DNA from: Streptomyces sp. SX92
Lineage (GTDB): Bacteria; Actinomycetota; Actinomycetes; Streptomycetales; Streptomycetaceae
Assembly: GCF_030845235.1 (NCBI RefSeq)
Contig: NZ_CP132593.1
Coordinates: 2,186,082 to 2,218,081, forward strand
Reading direction: 5' to 3'
DNA length: 32,000 nucleotides
Every line of letters begins with the position of its first letter. Positions within the stretch are counted from its first letter, which is position 1. Below, one piece after another: positions 17,762-25,024 of the stretch. The notes beneath the pieces were generated by a model. The model worked only from the letters and a program-made list of their open reading frames with translations, ran no database searches and was not told the origin of the DNA. The translations under genes were made by a program, and so were the position numbers.

Positions 17762-19022
17762 GATCACGCGCCCGGCCGCCCCGGTGCGGCCGGGCCCTCC
17801 CGTCCGGCTCAACGAACCGCTCCCGCCCTTCGGCCGCAAACGGTCGGGGGAGCCGCTCCCGACCCATCTGATCCGCACGGTCATGGCCCGCGGCTTCCGC
17901 CCGCCGGCGTCCTGGTCGGTGCCGGTGCGCCACGTCCTGCCCGACGGACCGTCCGGCGAGGCATCCCTGCCCGGCCACGCCCGGGCCGCCGCCGACGCCC
18001 TGCGCGCCGACGTGCCGGCCGCCCTCGCCCTGATCGCCCCGACCTACGTCTCCCGCGGCCCCCTGGGCGACCAGGAGAAGCGGCTCGACGCCCTGCTGGA
18101 TCAGGTGGCCGGGCTGACCGAGGCCCAACCGGGCGCGCCCGTCGTGCTGTTCGTCGGCATGCAGTGGTCCTCGCCCGAGGAGGAGGACGAGTCCGTACGA
18201 CGGCTGCGGGCGCTGCTGGCCCGGGCCCGCGCCCGGCTGCCCCGGCTGGCCGTCTGCGGGCTGTCCCTGCCGGGGCCGGGCAAGCCCCGCACGCTCAACG
18301 CGGCCGTCGAGGTGGCCGAACTCCTTGGCTGTGTCGGGGTCGGCTGGGTCGACGACGACGTGGTCCTGGAACCGGGCTGCCTGGCGGCGCTGGCCCGGGA
18401 CTTCCTGGCGGGCGGCTGCCGGGGCGCGGTGGGCGCGACGAAGGTCCCGCACACCAAGGCGTTCGCCACCTCGCGGCTGCTGGCCCGGGCCAAGGAGATC
18501 GCGGCGCCCGCGACCGCCTATCCGCACGGCTGCTGCATCCTGGTGGCCACCGACGTGCTGTCCGGCGGGATGCCCGGCCGGTACATCTCCGACGACGGCT
18601 ACGTCTGCTTCCGGCTGCTGGACCCCGAGGCACCCGATCCGCTGGGCCGGCTGCGCCTGGTCCCGGACGCGCTGTGCCACTACCACGTCGCCGGGCCCGC
18701 GGGAGAGACCCGCCGCCGTATCCGCCGGATCCTGCTCAACCATCTCGTCGACCTCGCCGACTGGCCGCTGCCGGTGGTCCGCCACTACTTCCGGCATCTG
18801 CTGTTCTCCGGCATGTGGCCGCTGACCGGTTTCGACGCCGAGGACGGGCGCCGGCGCGGGGTCCAGAAGGCGGCCATCAAGTGGCTCTACTTCGCCTGGT
18901 TCGCGGGGATCGGCACGGAGCTGTTCCTGCGCGGGCTGACCGGCCGGCCGCTGTACCGCGTCGAGTGGGCCCCGTACTCGGCCCTCACCCCCTTCACCCC
19001 TGCTGACCAGGAGCGCCGATGA
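17751..19022 (+). CDS. moeGT4: Glycosyltransferase, GT-A-like (moeGT4-like)
   Basis: 423 aa. PGPGK..N and WVDDDV (DxD) motifs. It is a paralogue of the 25494..26636 gene. The GTG start overlaps moeK5 by 11 nt, and GC3 stays high from 17751. An alternative ATG lies at 17883. Confidence 0.7.
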   Translation: MTSEITRPAAPVRPGPPVRLNEPLPPFGRKRSGEPLPTHLIRTVMARGFRPPASWSVPVRHVLPDGPSGEASLPGHARAAADALRADVPAALALIAPTYVSRGPLGDQEKRLDALLDQVAGLTEAQPGAPVVLFVGMQWSSPEEEDESVRRLRALLARARARLPRLAVCGLSLPGPGKPRTLNAAVEVAELLGCVGVGWVDDDVVLEPGCLAALARDFLAGGCRGAVGATKVPHTKAFATSRLLARAKEIAAPATAYPHGCCILVATDVLSGGMPGRYISDDGYVCFRLLDPEAPDPLGRLRLVPDALCHYHVAGPAGETRRRIRRILLNHLVDLADWPLPVVRHYFRHLLFSGMWPLTGFDAEDGRRRGVQKAAIKWLYFAWFAGIGTELFLRGLTGRPLYRVEWAPYSALTPFTPADQERR

Positions 19023-20611
19023 AGGTACTGTCTCTCCACTCCGCCGGTCACGACACCGGCGTCGGCTACTTCGAGGACGGACGGCTGGTCTTCGCCGTCG
19101 AGACCGAACGGCTCACCCGCGTCAAGCACGACCACCGCTCCGACCTCGCCCTGGAGCACGTGCTGTCCCAGGAGTGCGTGGACGTGGACGGCATCGACCT
19201 GGTGGCGGTCAGCACCCCGGTCCGCAGCGCGCTGCTGCGGATCCCGGACCTGGACCGGGCCATGGAGCGGATCGACGGCGGCGCGCCGCACCACCGGACC
19301 ACCTGCGAGCTGCTGGGCCGCAGCGTGGACTGCGTGGTCGTCACGCACGAGGTCTCCCACGCCGCCCTGGCGGCCCACTACGCCGGGCACGAGGACGGCA
19401 CGCTCGTCCTGGTCAACGAGGGCCGCGGACAGCTCACCCGCAGCTCCCTGTTCCGGGTCGACGACGGCCGTCTGGAGTGGGTGGCCAAGGACCCGCTGCC
19501 CTGGTACGGCAACGGCTTCGGCTGGACCGCGATCGGCCATCTGCTGGGCTTCGGCAAGAGCCCCAGTGTCGCCGGCAAGGTGATGGCCCTGGGCGGCTAC
19601 GGTCAGCCGGACCCGCGCGTCCGTGAGCAGCTGCTCGCGGTGGACCCGCGGGTGATGCACGACCTGGAGCTGGCCGAGCGGGTGCGGGCCGAGCTCGCCG
19701 GACGCCCGGAGTTCAACCCGGAGTTCGAGTCGGCGGCCCATGTCGTGGCCACCTTCCAGGAGCTGTTCACCGAGACCGTGCACGCCGTCCTGGACCGGCA
19801 TGTCACCCGCACCGCGACCGGCGTCGGCCCGATCGCCCTCGGCGGCGGCTGCGCGCTGAACATCGTCGCCAACTCGGCGCTGCGCGAGAGCTTCGGCCGC
19901 GACATCGCCATCCCCCCGGCCTGCGGCGACGCCGGCCACCTCGCGGGCGCGGGCATCTACGCCCTCACCTACGTGCTGGGACAGCGGCCCGAGCCCCTCA
20001 GCGTCTACGGCAACGGCACCGGCGAGGCCCCCGCGGACGTCCTGGCCACCCTGGACACGGCGGGCCTCAAGGCCGTTCCCTACGACGCCTCCGCGGTCGC
20101 CCAACTGCTCGCGGACGGTGGTGTGGTGGCCCTGACGGAGGGGGCGGCCGAGCTCGGGCCGCGGGCGCTCGGGCACCGCTCGCTGCTGGGCAGCCCGGCC
20201 GTGTCCGGCATGCGCAAGCGGATGAGCGAGAAGCTCAAGCAGCGCGAGTGGTACCGCCCGTTGGGCGCGGTGATGCGGGACGAGCGGTTCGCCGAGCTGT
20301 ACCCGGGCGGGCGGCCCTCGCCGTACATGCTCTTCGAGTACGAACTGCCGGAGGGGACCGCTCCGGAGGCCCGGCACGTGAACGGCACCTGCCGGATCCA
20401 GACACTGGGCGCGGACCAGCGGCGGCTGCACGGGCTGCTCGGGTCGTTCGAGACGCTGACCGGGGTCCCGGCGCTGATCAACACCTCGCTCAACGGTCCC
20501 GGCCAGGCCATCGCGCACACCGCCCGGCACGTCCTGGACGACTTCGCGGACGGCGACGTCGACCTGTTCGTCTTCGACGACGTGATGGCCTACCGGGGCG
20601 AGCCCCGATAG
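19019..20611 (+). CDS. moeM5: Carbamoyltransferase, NodU/CmcH family (moeM5-like)
   Basis: 530 aa. N-terminus MKVLSLHSAGHDTGVGYFEDGRLVFAVETERLTRVKHD. ATGA overlap with the moeGT4 stop. Confidence 0.85.
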   Translation: MKVLSLHSAGHDTGVGYFEDGRLVFAVETERLTRVKHDHRSDLALEHVLSQECVDVDGIDLVAVSTPVRSALLRIPDLDRAMERIDGGAPHHRTTCELLGRSVDCVVVTHEVSHAALAAHYAGHEDGTLVLVNEGRGQLTRSSLFRVDDGRLEWVAKDPLPWYGNGFGWTAIGHLLGFGKSPSVAGKVMALGGYGQPDPRVREQLLAVDPRVMHDLELAERVRAELAGRPEFNPEFESAAHVVATFQELFTETVHAVLDRHVTRTATGVGPIALGGGCALNIVANSALRESFGRDIAIPPACGDAGHLAGAGIYALTYVLGQRPEPLSVYGNGTGEAPADVLATLDTAGLKAVPYDASAVAQLLADGGVVALTEGAAELGPRALGHRSLLGSPAVSGMRKRMSEKLKQREWYRPLGAVMRDERFAELYPGGRPSPYMLFEYELPEGTAPEARHVNGTCRIQTLGADQRRLHGLLGSFETLTGVPALINTSLNGPGQAIAHTARHVLDDFADGDVDLFVFDDVMAYRGEPR

Positions 20612-20637
20612 GCCGTCGGCCGGCGGTTCACAGGCTC

Positions 20638-21456
20638 TCAGTGCACCAGGTGCCGCGGCAGCAGCCGGTCCCGTACGTCGTCGGTGTAGAGGCCGACGAC
20701 GGGGACCAGTCCCGAGGAGGCCGGCTGCTCCCGCACCGCGTCGAGCGCCTGTGTCCGCAGCCGCTCCAGGAGCGCCTCGACGTCCGCGGCGGGGACGGCC
20801 CCGGTGCGCATCAGGTGGCCGAGGTTGCCCTCGCGCTCGCCGTGGCGGTCGTAGTCGGTGAGGTCGTCGGCGATGGTGATGATCGTGCCGAAGGCCTCGG
20901 CGAACCGCCGGGCGGGGTCCACGGACTTCTCCTCGCGGCCGCAGAGCGCGGCGAGCGAGCCGTAGCAGCCGAGGAAGGTGGCGCCGTAGGTGCTGGCGTT
21001 GGCGCACCACTCGTCGAGGTCGCGGGCCCGGTGGCTCTTGGTGCGGATCTGGCCGGTGCAGACCGCCGTGAAGTCCCGCTCCAGCAGGTCGGTCACCGAC
21101 CGGGCGTCCGCGGCGAGTTCGCACATCTCCTTCAGGGCCGTCAGATGCAGATGCAGGCACAGACAGGCGAGTTCGATGCGGTTGAGGCCGGTGTCGTCGT
21201 CCATGAGGTCGTCGAGCAGCTTCATCGCCACGATGTCCAGGGCCAGCGCGCGGGCCACCGCCGCCCGCGTGTGCGGGTCGGTGATCCACTCGGTGAGGAA
21301 GTGCGGCACCCGCAGGTACAGGCGCAACGCGGCGGTGTGGGCGACGAGGTCGGGCGAGCCGCCGTTGCGGGCGACGAACTCCGTGACGTGGTCGCGGTTG
21401 TCGGACTCGGTGACCAGCATGGCCGCGGTGTAGTCCGCGGGCAGCGCGGCGGTCAC
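20638..21456 (-). CDS. moeN5: All-alpha prenyltransferase (moeN5-like; C10 addition to the farnesyl chain)
   Basis: This is the 3' part of track ORF 20638..21882 (-). Asp-rich motifs DDLMDDD and IADDLTDYD. The GTG at 21456 forms a GTGA overlap with the moeO5 stop. An alternative ATG lies at 21420. Confidence 0.75.
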   Translation of the reverse strand: MTAALPADYTAAMLVTESDNRDHVTEFVARNGGSPDLVAHTAALRLYLRVPHFLTEWITDPHTRAAVARALALDIVAMKLLDDLMDDDTGLNRIELACLCLHLHLTALKEMCELAADARSVTDLLERDFTAVCTGQIRTKSHRARDLDEWCANASTYGATFLGCYGSLAALCGREEKSVDPARRFAEAFGTIITIADDLTDYDRHGEREGNLGHLMRTGAVPAADVEALLERLRTQALDAVREQPASSGLVPVVGLYTDDVRDRLLPRHLVH

Positions 21457-22274
21457 GGCCGGTCCGCGCTGATCTCGGTGAGCGTCGTCCGCCAGTCGGC
21501 GTGCTCCAGCGCCCCGGCGAAGCCCACGTAGTCGGCGCCCGCCTCCAGATAGGCGGTGACATGCTCCCGCCGGCGGACGTTGCCGCTGACGAACACGATC
21601 TGGTCGGGGTCCAGCCGGCGGCGGAAGTGCCGGACGACCTCGACGGGGACCTGGGTGTAGCGGGAGTACAGGTACACCATGTGGAAGCCGAAGCTGCGGG
21701 TGACCGCGATGTACCGGTCGATCTGCTCGGTGCCGACGGTGGCGACCGGCACGGTGCCCAGCAGGTCGCCGGTCTTGTGGTCCTCGCCGAAGGTGAGGGC
21801 GACGGCGAGCAGGAGCTCGGGCCACTCCTCGCGGTCGACCCGGACGGGCAGGTTGACCAGGGTCTCCAGATAGCTCTTCCACACGTAGTAGTCGTCGCGC
21901 GAGCCGAGCAGCGCCGGCAGCAGCAGGGCGTCGGCGCCGCGGGCCAGGGGGAAGCCGAGCCCCTTGCGCGGTGGGAAGTGCAGCAGCACCGGCAGCGAGG
22001 TGACCTCCTTGATCGCCGCCACGTACGGCTCCATCCGGGCCTCGAAGGACTCGTAGTCGGTGCTGGCGAGGATCACGGCGGGATAGCCGAGCGTGTCGAG
22101 GAGCTTGGCCTTCTCCACGGCCTCGGCCTGCGGCACCTTGAACGGGTCGATGATGTGGATGGGCCCCCGTTCGTGGTCCCGCAGCCGCGCGAGGACGTCG
22201 CCCTGGCCCAACAGCGATGGTCCGGCCGGGACGTGTGTGCGCTGGACGAGCTGCGGTGAGGTGTTCACCGGCAT
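21453..22274 (-). CDS. moeO5: Prenyl-3-phosphoglycerate synthase, PcrB/GGGP-synthase-like TIM barrel (moeO5-like)
   Basis: This is the 3' part of track ORF 21453..22766 (-). The ATG at 22274 is preceded by AAGGGGGA. The sequence (IHIIDPFKV..., LASTDYESFE, LLLPALLGS, FHMVYLYSR, VSGNVR, ADYVGFAGALE) matches my recollection of MoeO5 closely but is not identical. Confidence 0.85.
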   Translation of the reverse strand: MPVNTSPQLVQRTHVPAGPSLLGQGDVLARLRDHERGPIHIIDPFKVPQAEAVEKAKLLDTLGYPAVILASTDYESFEARMEPYVAAIKEVTSLPVLLHFPPRKGLGFPLARGADALLLPALLGSRDDYYVWKSYLETLVNLPVRVDREEWPELLLAVALTFGEDHKTGDLLGTVPVATVGTEQIDRYIAVTRSFGFHMVYLYSRYTQVPVEVVRHFRRRLDPDQIVFVSGNVRRREHVTAYLEAGADYVGFAGALEHADWRTTLTEISADRP

Positions 22275-22279
22275 TCCCC

Positions 22280-22383
22280 CTTGTTGTCCGGCTTGTTGTC
22301 CGGTCGTGGCGCGGCTTGTTGTCCGGTGGTGGCGCGGTTTGTTGTCCGGTGGTGGCTCAGCTTGTTGTCCGGTCGTGGCGCGG
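22280..22383. repeat. Tandem direct repeat, 23-bp unit x 4 plus a 12-bp half unit
   Basis: Units are cttgttgtccggtcgtggcgcgg at 22292-22314 and 22361-22383 (identical), 22315-22337 (1 mismatch) and 22338-22360 (4 mismatches), plus a half unit cttgttgtccgg at 22280-22291. The core TTGTTGTCCGG occurs 5 times. A palindrome cggcgcgcgccg at 22381-22392 abuts the upstream stop codon. Confidence 0.95.
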
Positions 22384-22392
22384 CGCGCGCCG

Positions 22393-23475
22393 TCATGCCC
22401 GGCCGGTCGCGCGGCTCGGCCCGGCCGCCGGGGCCGCCGCCGCGGCGTTCGCCCTGGCGAGGGCGGCGACGACGGACGCCGTGGTGTAGAGCGCCCTGGT
22501 GTCCAGGACGACGGAGCCCAGCGCGGCCTTTCCGCGCCGGCCGCGCTCCCAGTGCTCGCGTGCGTCGGGGTCGAACTCCATGGGGCCGGGCACCCGGCAC
22601 CACGCCGAGGGCCGCCAACCGCCGTCCTTCTCCTGGGAGTCGAGCAGATACGACACCGCCCGGCGGACGGTGTCACGGTCCTCGGGCGCCCCCGCCAGGA
22701 CGGCGCGCAGGGCGAAGGCGGTGGCGAAGGCGGAGCCCTCCGGCTCCCACTCGGTGCGTACGGCACCGTCGGCGCCGATCCTGGCCGCGGCCCAGCGGGC
22801 GGCCGGACGCACCTCGGCCGGCACGTCGGCCCGCGGACCGGCGGTGAGCGCCTCCACGGCGAGCGCGGTCGGGTACTCCCGGTCGGGCCACCAGTAGGCG
22901 GGCCATGCCCCGTCGGGGCGCTGGATCTCCCTGAGCCGGGCCAACAGCCGTTCGTGGACGGGGAGTTCGAACAGTCCGGCGGCGGCCGCGGTGACGCAGG
23001 CGTGGCTCGCGTACCAGGCGTCCCAGCGGGGGGCCACCCGGTCCAGGAAGGGTGCGGCGAACTCCGGCAGGTAGCTGGAGATGCCGCCGTCGTCCTGGAG
23101 GTGCGCGGCCACGAAGCGGTAGCCCTCCTCGGCGCGGGCGTCCCGCGAGGCGTCCAGCGCCTCGGCCAGGCGCAGCACCCAGGAGGTGATGTCGGCGTCG
23201 CCGGGGACCTGGGGACAGTAGCCCCAGCCGTCGGACGGGCCGCGGGCCTGTTTCAGCAGTTCCCAGGCGGAGACCGCCGCCGCGCGCCCTGGTCCCTCGG
23301 GCAATTCCGCGAGGGAGGCCCCGACAAAGGCGGTGGCCCAGAACTGGCCGGGGCCGCGGACTTCGTAGTCGTTCCACCAGCCGTCCGCGTCACGTGCGGA
23401 TCGGAGGAATTCCGTCGCCCTCGACAGGGCTTGTTCCGTGGAATCGCCGAGGGGTAATCGCTGTGCACCGTTCAC
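22393..23475 (-). CDS. Squalene-hopene-cyclase-like / prenyltransferase alpha-alpha-toroid repeat protein (putative class II terpene cyclase), single domain of about 360 aa
   Basis: Track ORF 22393..23514 (-). I place the start at the GTG at 23475, 4 nt after GAAAGGAGAG. There is a perfect QW motif, RAVSYLLDSQEKDGGW (22615-22662), matching [KR][GA]xx[FYW][LIV]xxxQxxxGxW. A near-perfect second copy is RATEFLRSARDADGWW, and further DG[GA]W-type repeats occur (QRPDGAW, QDDGGI, PSDGWGY). GDADITSW (23185-23199 encodes DADIT) sits where SHC has DxDDTA. High GC3 in this frame. TTA codon at 23455-23457. Confidence 0.7.
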   Translation of the reverse strand: MNGAQRLPLGDSTEQALSRATEFLRSARDADGWWNDYEVRGPGQFWATAFVGASLAELPEGPGRAAAVSAWELLKQARGPSDGWGYCPQVPGDADITSWVLRLAEALDASRDARAEEGYRFVAAHLQDDGGISSYLPEFAAPFLDRVAPRWDAWYASHACVTAAAAGLFELPVHERLLARLREIQRPDGAWPAYWWPDREYPTALAVEALTAGPRADVPAEVRPAARWAAARIGADGAVRTEWEPEGSAFATAFALRAVLAGAPEDRDTVRRAVSYLLDSQEKDGGWRPSAWCRVPGPMEFDPDAREHWERGRRGKAALGSVVLDTRALYTTASVVAALARANAAAAAPAAGPSRATGRA

Positions 23476-23617
23476 GAACTCTCCTTTCTGGGGAGAGGCG
23501 ACGAGCCGGGCCACCGAACCGAGCGGCTGACGCCGTGTCGGCAGGACGATTACCCAACCCTACACGTGTTCGTATCGGCGAGACAGAGTCACTTTTCCTT
23601 CGACGGGTTCCGCAAAG

Positions 23618-23650
23618 CATCGGGGGCCGGGACGGACCCGGCCCCCGATG
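23618..23650 (-). terminator. Intrinsic-terminator-like hairpin after moeX5
   Basis: Perfect 14-bp GC-rich stem, catcgggggccggg (23618-23631) with cccggcccccgatg (23637-23650), and a 5-nt loop. On the minus-strand transcript it is followed by CUUUG. It lies 23 nt downstream of the moeX5 stop. Confidence 0.6.
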
Positions 23651-23672
23651 GGCGGACAGACGCGCGGTGGAT

Positions 23673-24353
23673 TCACACGAATTGCATGTGCGTGCGTCGC
23701 CGCAATCGCACCGACAGGACGGCACCGCTCGTCAGGACCAGCAACGCGGTCACCACCACGGCATGGGTGACGCCGGACGCGAGGGAGCCGCTGCCGGCGC
23801 CGTCGACGGCGTAGGTGATGATCTCCCGGGTCGACCAGAAGGGCAGGGCCTTGGCGGCGTCCTTGGCCGGGTCGATCACCATCTGCGCGCCGATGACGGA
23901 GATCAGCAGCAGACTGCCCTCCAGGTCCCGGGGGACGGCGAGGCCCAGCAGCAGCCCGAGCGGCACCGCGACCAGCGTGGTCAGGACCAGCTCCAGGGCG
24001 ACGGCCTGCGGGTTGGCCACGTCCTGGTCCACGACGACGACCACGGCGTACAGCGCGGAGATCAGCAGTCCGGCGGTGAGCAGGGCGAGGGTGCGGCCCA
24101 GGTACAGGTGCCGGGGCCGGAAGCCGGACAGGGTCAGCCGGGACTCGATCTCCCGGCCGCCGACGGCCGAGAAGAGGGCCGCGGTGCTCACCGCGAAGCC
24201 GACTCCGAGGCTGGCGAAGCGGATGGCCTGGCCCGGCTGGTCGTGCCGGCCCAGGTAGAACACCAGCGGCACGAGCAGGAGCAGTCCCAGCACCCCGCGC
24301 CGGCGCAGCAGTTCCCGCAGGGTCATCTCGGCCATGCGCAGGGTGCGGATCAT
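23673..24353 (-). CDS. moeX5: ABC-2 type transporter permease (moeX5-like)
   Basis: 226 aa, highly hydrophobic with about 6 predicted transmembrane segments. ATGA overlap with the upstream ATPase gene. Confidence 0.75.
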   Translation of the reverse strand: MIRTLRMAEMTLRELLRRRGVLGLLLLVPLVFYLGRHDQPGQAIRFASLGVGFAVSTAALFSAVGGREIESRLTLSGFRPRHLYLGRTLALLTAGLLISALYAVVVVVDQDVANPQAVALELVLTTLVAVPLGLLLGLAVPRDLEGSLLLISVIGAQMVIDPAKDAAKALPFWSTREIITYAVDGAGSGSLASGVTHAVVVTALLVLTSGAVLSVRLRRRTHMQFV

Positions 24354-25024
24354 CGGCCGGCCTCCTGGGCGCGCGGGCTGAGGTCCAGCACCTGGTCCAC
24401 CTGGTCGAGCTGGTTGAGCATGTGGGTCACCACGACGATCGCCTTGCCCTGGTCGCGCCAGTTCCAGACGTTCTGCCAGAAGTCCACGTAGGAGCCCCGG
24501 TCGAAGCCCTGGTAGGGCTCGTCGAGCAGCAGGACGTCGGGGTCGCCGAGGGCGGACAGGACGACGTTCAGCTTCTGCCGGGTGCCGCCGGAGAGGTCCT
24601 TGGCGAGGGTGCCCCGGGCGACGGACCAGTCGAGTTTGGAGGCGAGTTCACGCCCGCGGCGGTCGGCGTCGCGGCCGCCCATGCCCCGGCCCGTGCCGAA
24701 CAGCGTGAAGTGCTCGCGGGGGGTGAGGAATCCCATGACACCGGCGTTCTGGGGGCAGTAGCCGAGGCGTCCGGTGATGGTGACCCGGCCCTTGTCCGGG
24801 GCGAGCAGGCCCGCGCAGATCTTGAGCATGCTGGACTTGCCGGCCCCGTTGCTGCCGACGATCGCGGCGACCTCGCCGGCGCGGACGACGAGGTCGACGC
24901 CGTTCAGGACACGGCGGCGGCCGTAGCTCTTGACGATCCCCTGCGCGTGCAGCCGGACGTCACGCCCGGCCGACGGCCCGGACGCCCCTCCCCACTGCTG
25001 TTCCGCGGGTGCGGAATACCTCAT
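24350..25024 (-). CDS. moeP5: ABC transporter ATP-binding protein (moeP5-like)
   Basis: Walker A (GSNGAGKSS), signature (LSGGTRQKL) and Walker B (VLLLDEP). I prefer the ATG at 25024, downstream of the duplicated GGAAGGAAGG, over the GTG at 25033. Confidence 0.85.
   Translation of the reverse strand: MRYSAPAEQQWGGASGPSAGRDVRLHAQGIVKSYGRRRVLNGVDLVVRAGEVAAIVGSNGAGKSSMLKICAGLLAPDKGRVTITGRLGYCPQNAGVMGFLTPREHFTLFGTGRGMGGRDADRRGRELASKLDWSVARGTLAKDLSGGTRQKLNVVLSALGDPDVLLLDEPYQGFDRGSYVDFWQNVWNWRDQGKAIVVVTHMLNQLDQVDQVLDLSPRAQEAGR

Noticed and set aside
10278-21562. Long minus-strand ORFs (10278..11741, 11386..13335, 13337..14572, 14407..15351, 15373..16410, 16106..17884, 17379..18797, 18887..21562) opposite the plus-strand biosynthetic genes
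   Set aside because: All are shadow frames. The plus-strand frames carry the enzyme motifs (Rossmann/YxxxK, MCGF/SGGxDS, CxxxCxxC and others) and the correct GC3 pattern.
22280-22383. Possibility that the tandem repeat is a small CRISPR array
   Set aside because: The units are directly adjacent with no unique spacers, the unit length is 23 bp, and there are no cas genes. It is a simple tandem repeat.
21457-22766. N-terminal extensions of the track ORFs for moeN5 (to 21882) and moeO5 (to 22766); likewise 13843..14667, 25104..25493, 25463..26719, 26533..27540, 3419..3529 and 10143..10226
   Set aside because: The extensions overlap upstream genes or intergenic DNA and are Pro/Arg-rich. Internal starts with an RBS or with stop/start overlaps match the expected family N-termini.
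22093-23457. 454-aa plus-strand ORF antisense to the cyclase-like gene, plus ORFs 22217..22489, 22281..22847 and 22265..22618 reading through the tandem repeat
   Set aside because: It has no motifs. The repeat-derived peptides (LLSGGG..CCPVVAR) simply reflect the 23-bp DNA repeat being open in all frames. The minus frame has QW motifs and a strong RBS.
23563-23570. Palindrome ACACGTGT upstream of the cyclase-like gene as an operator
   Set aside because: It is only 8 bp and the flanks are not symmetric. Its chance occurrence in a lower-GC spacer is plausible. It is mentioned only as a landmark.
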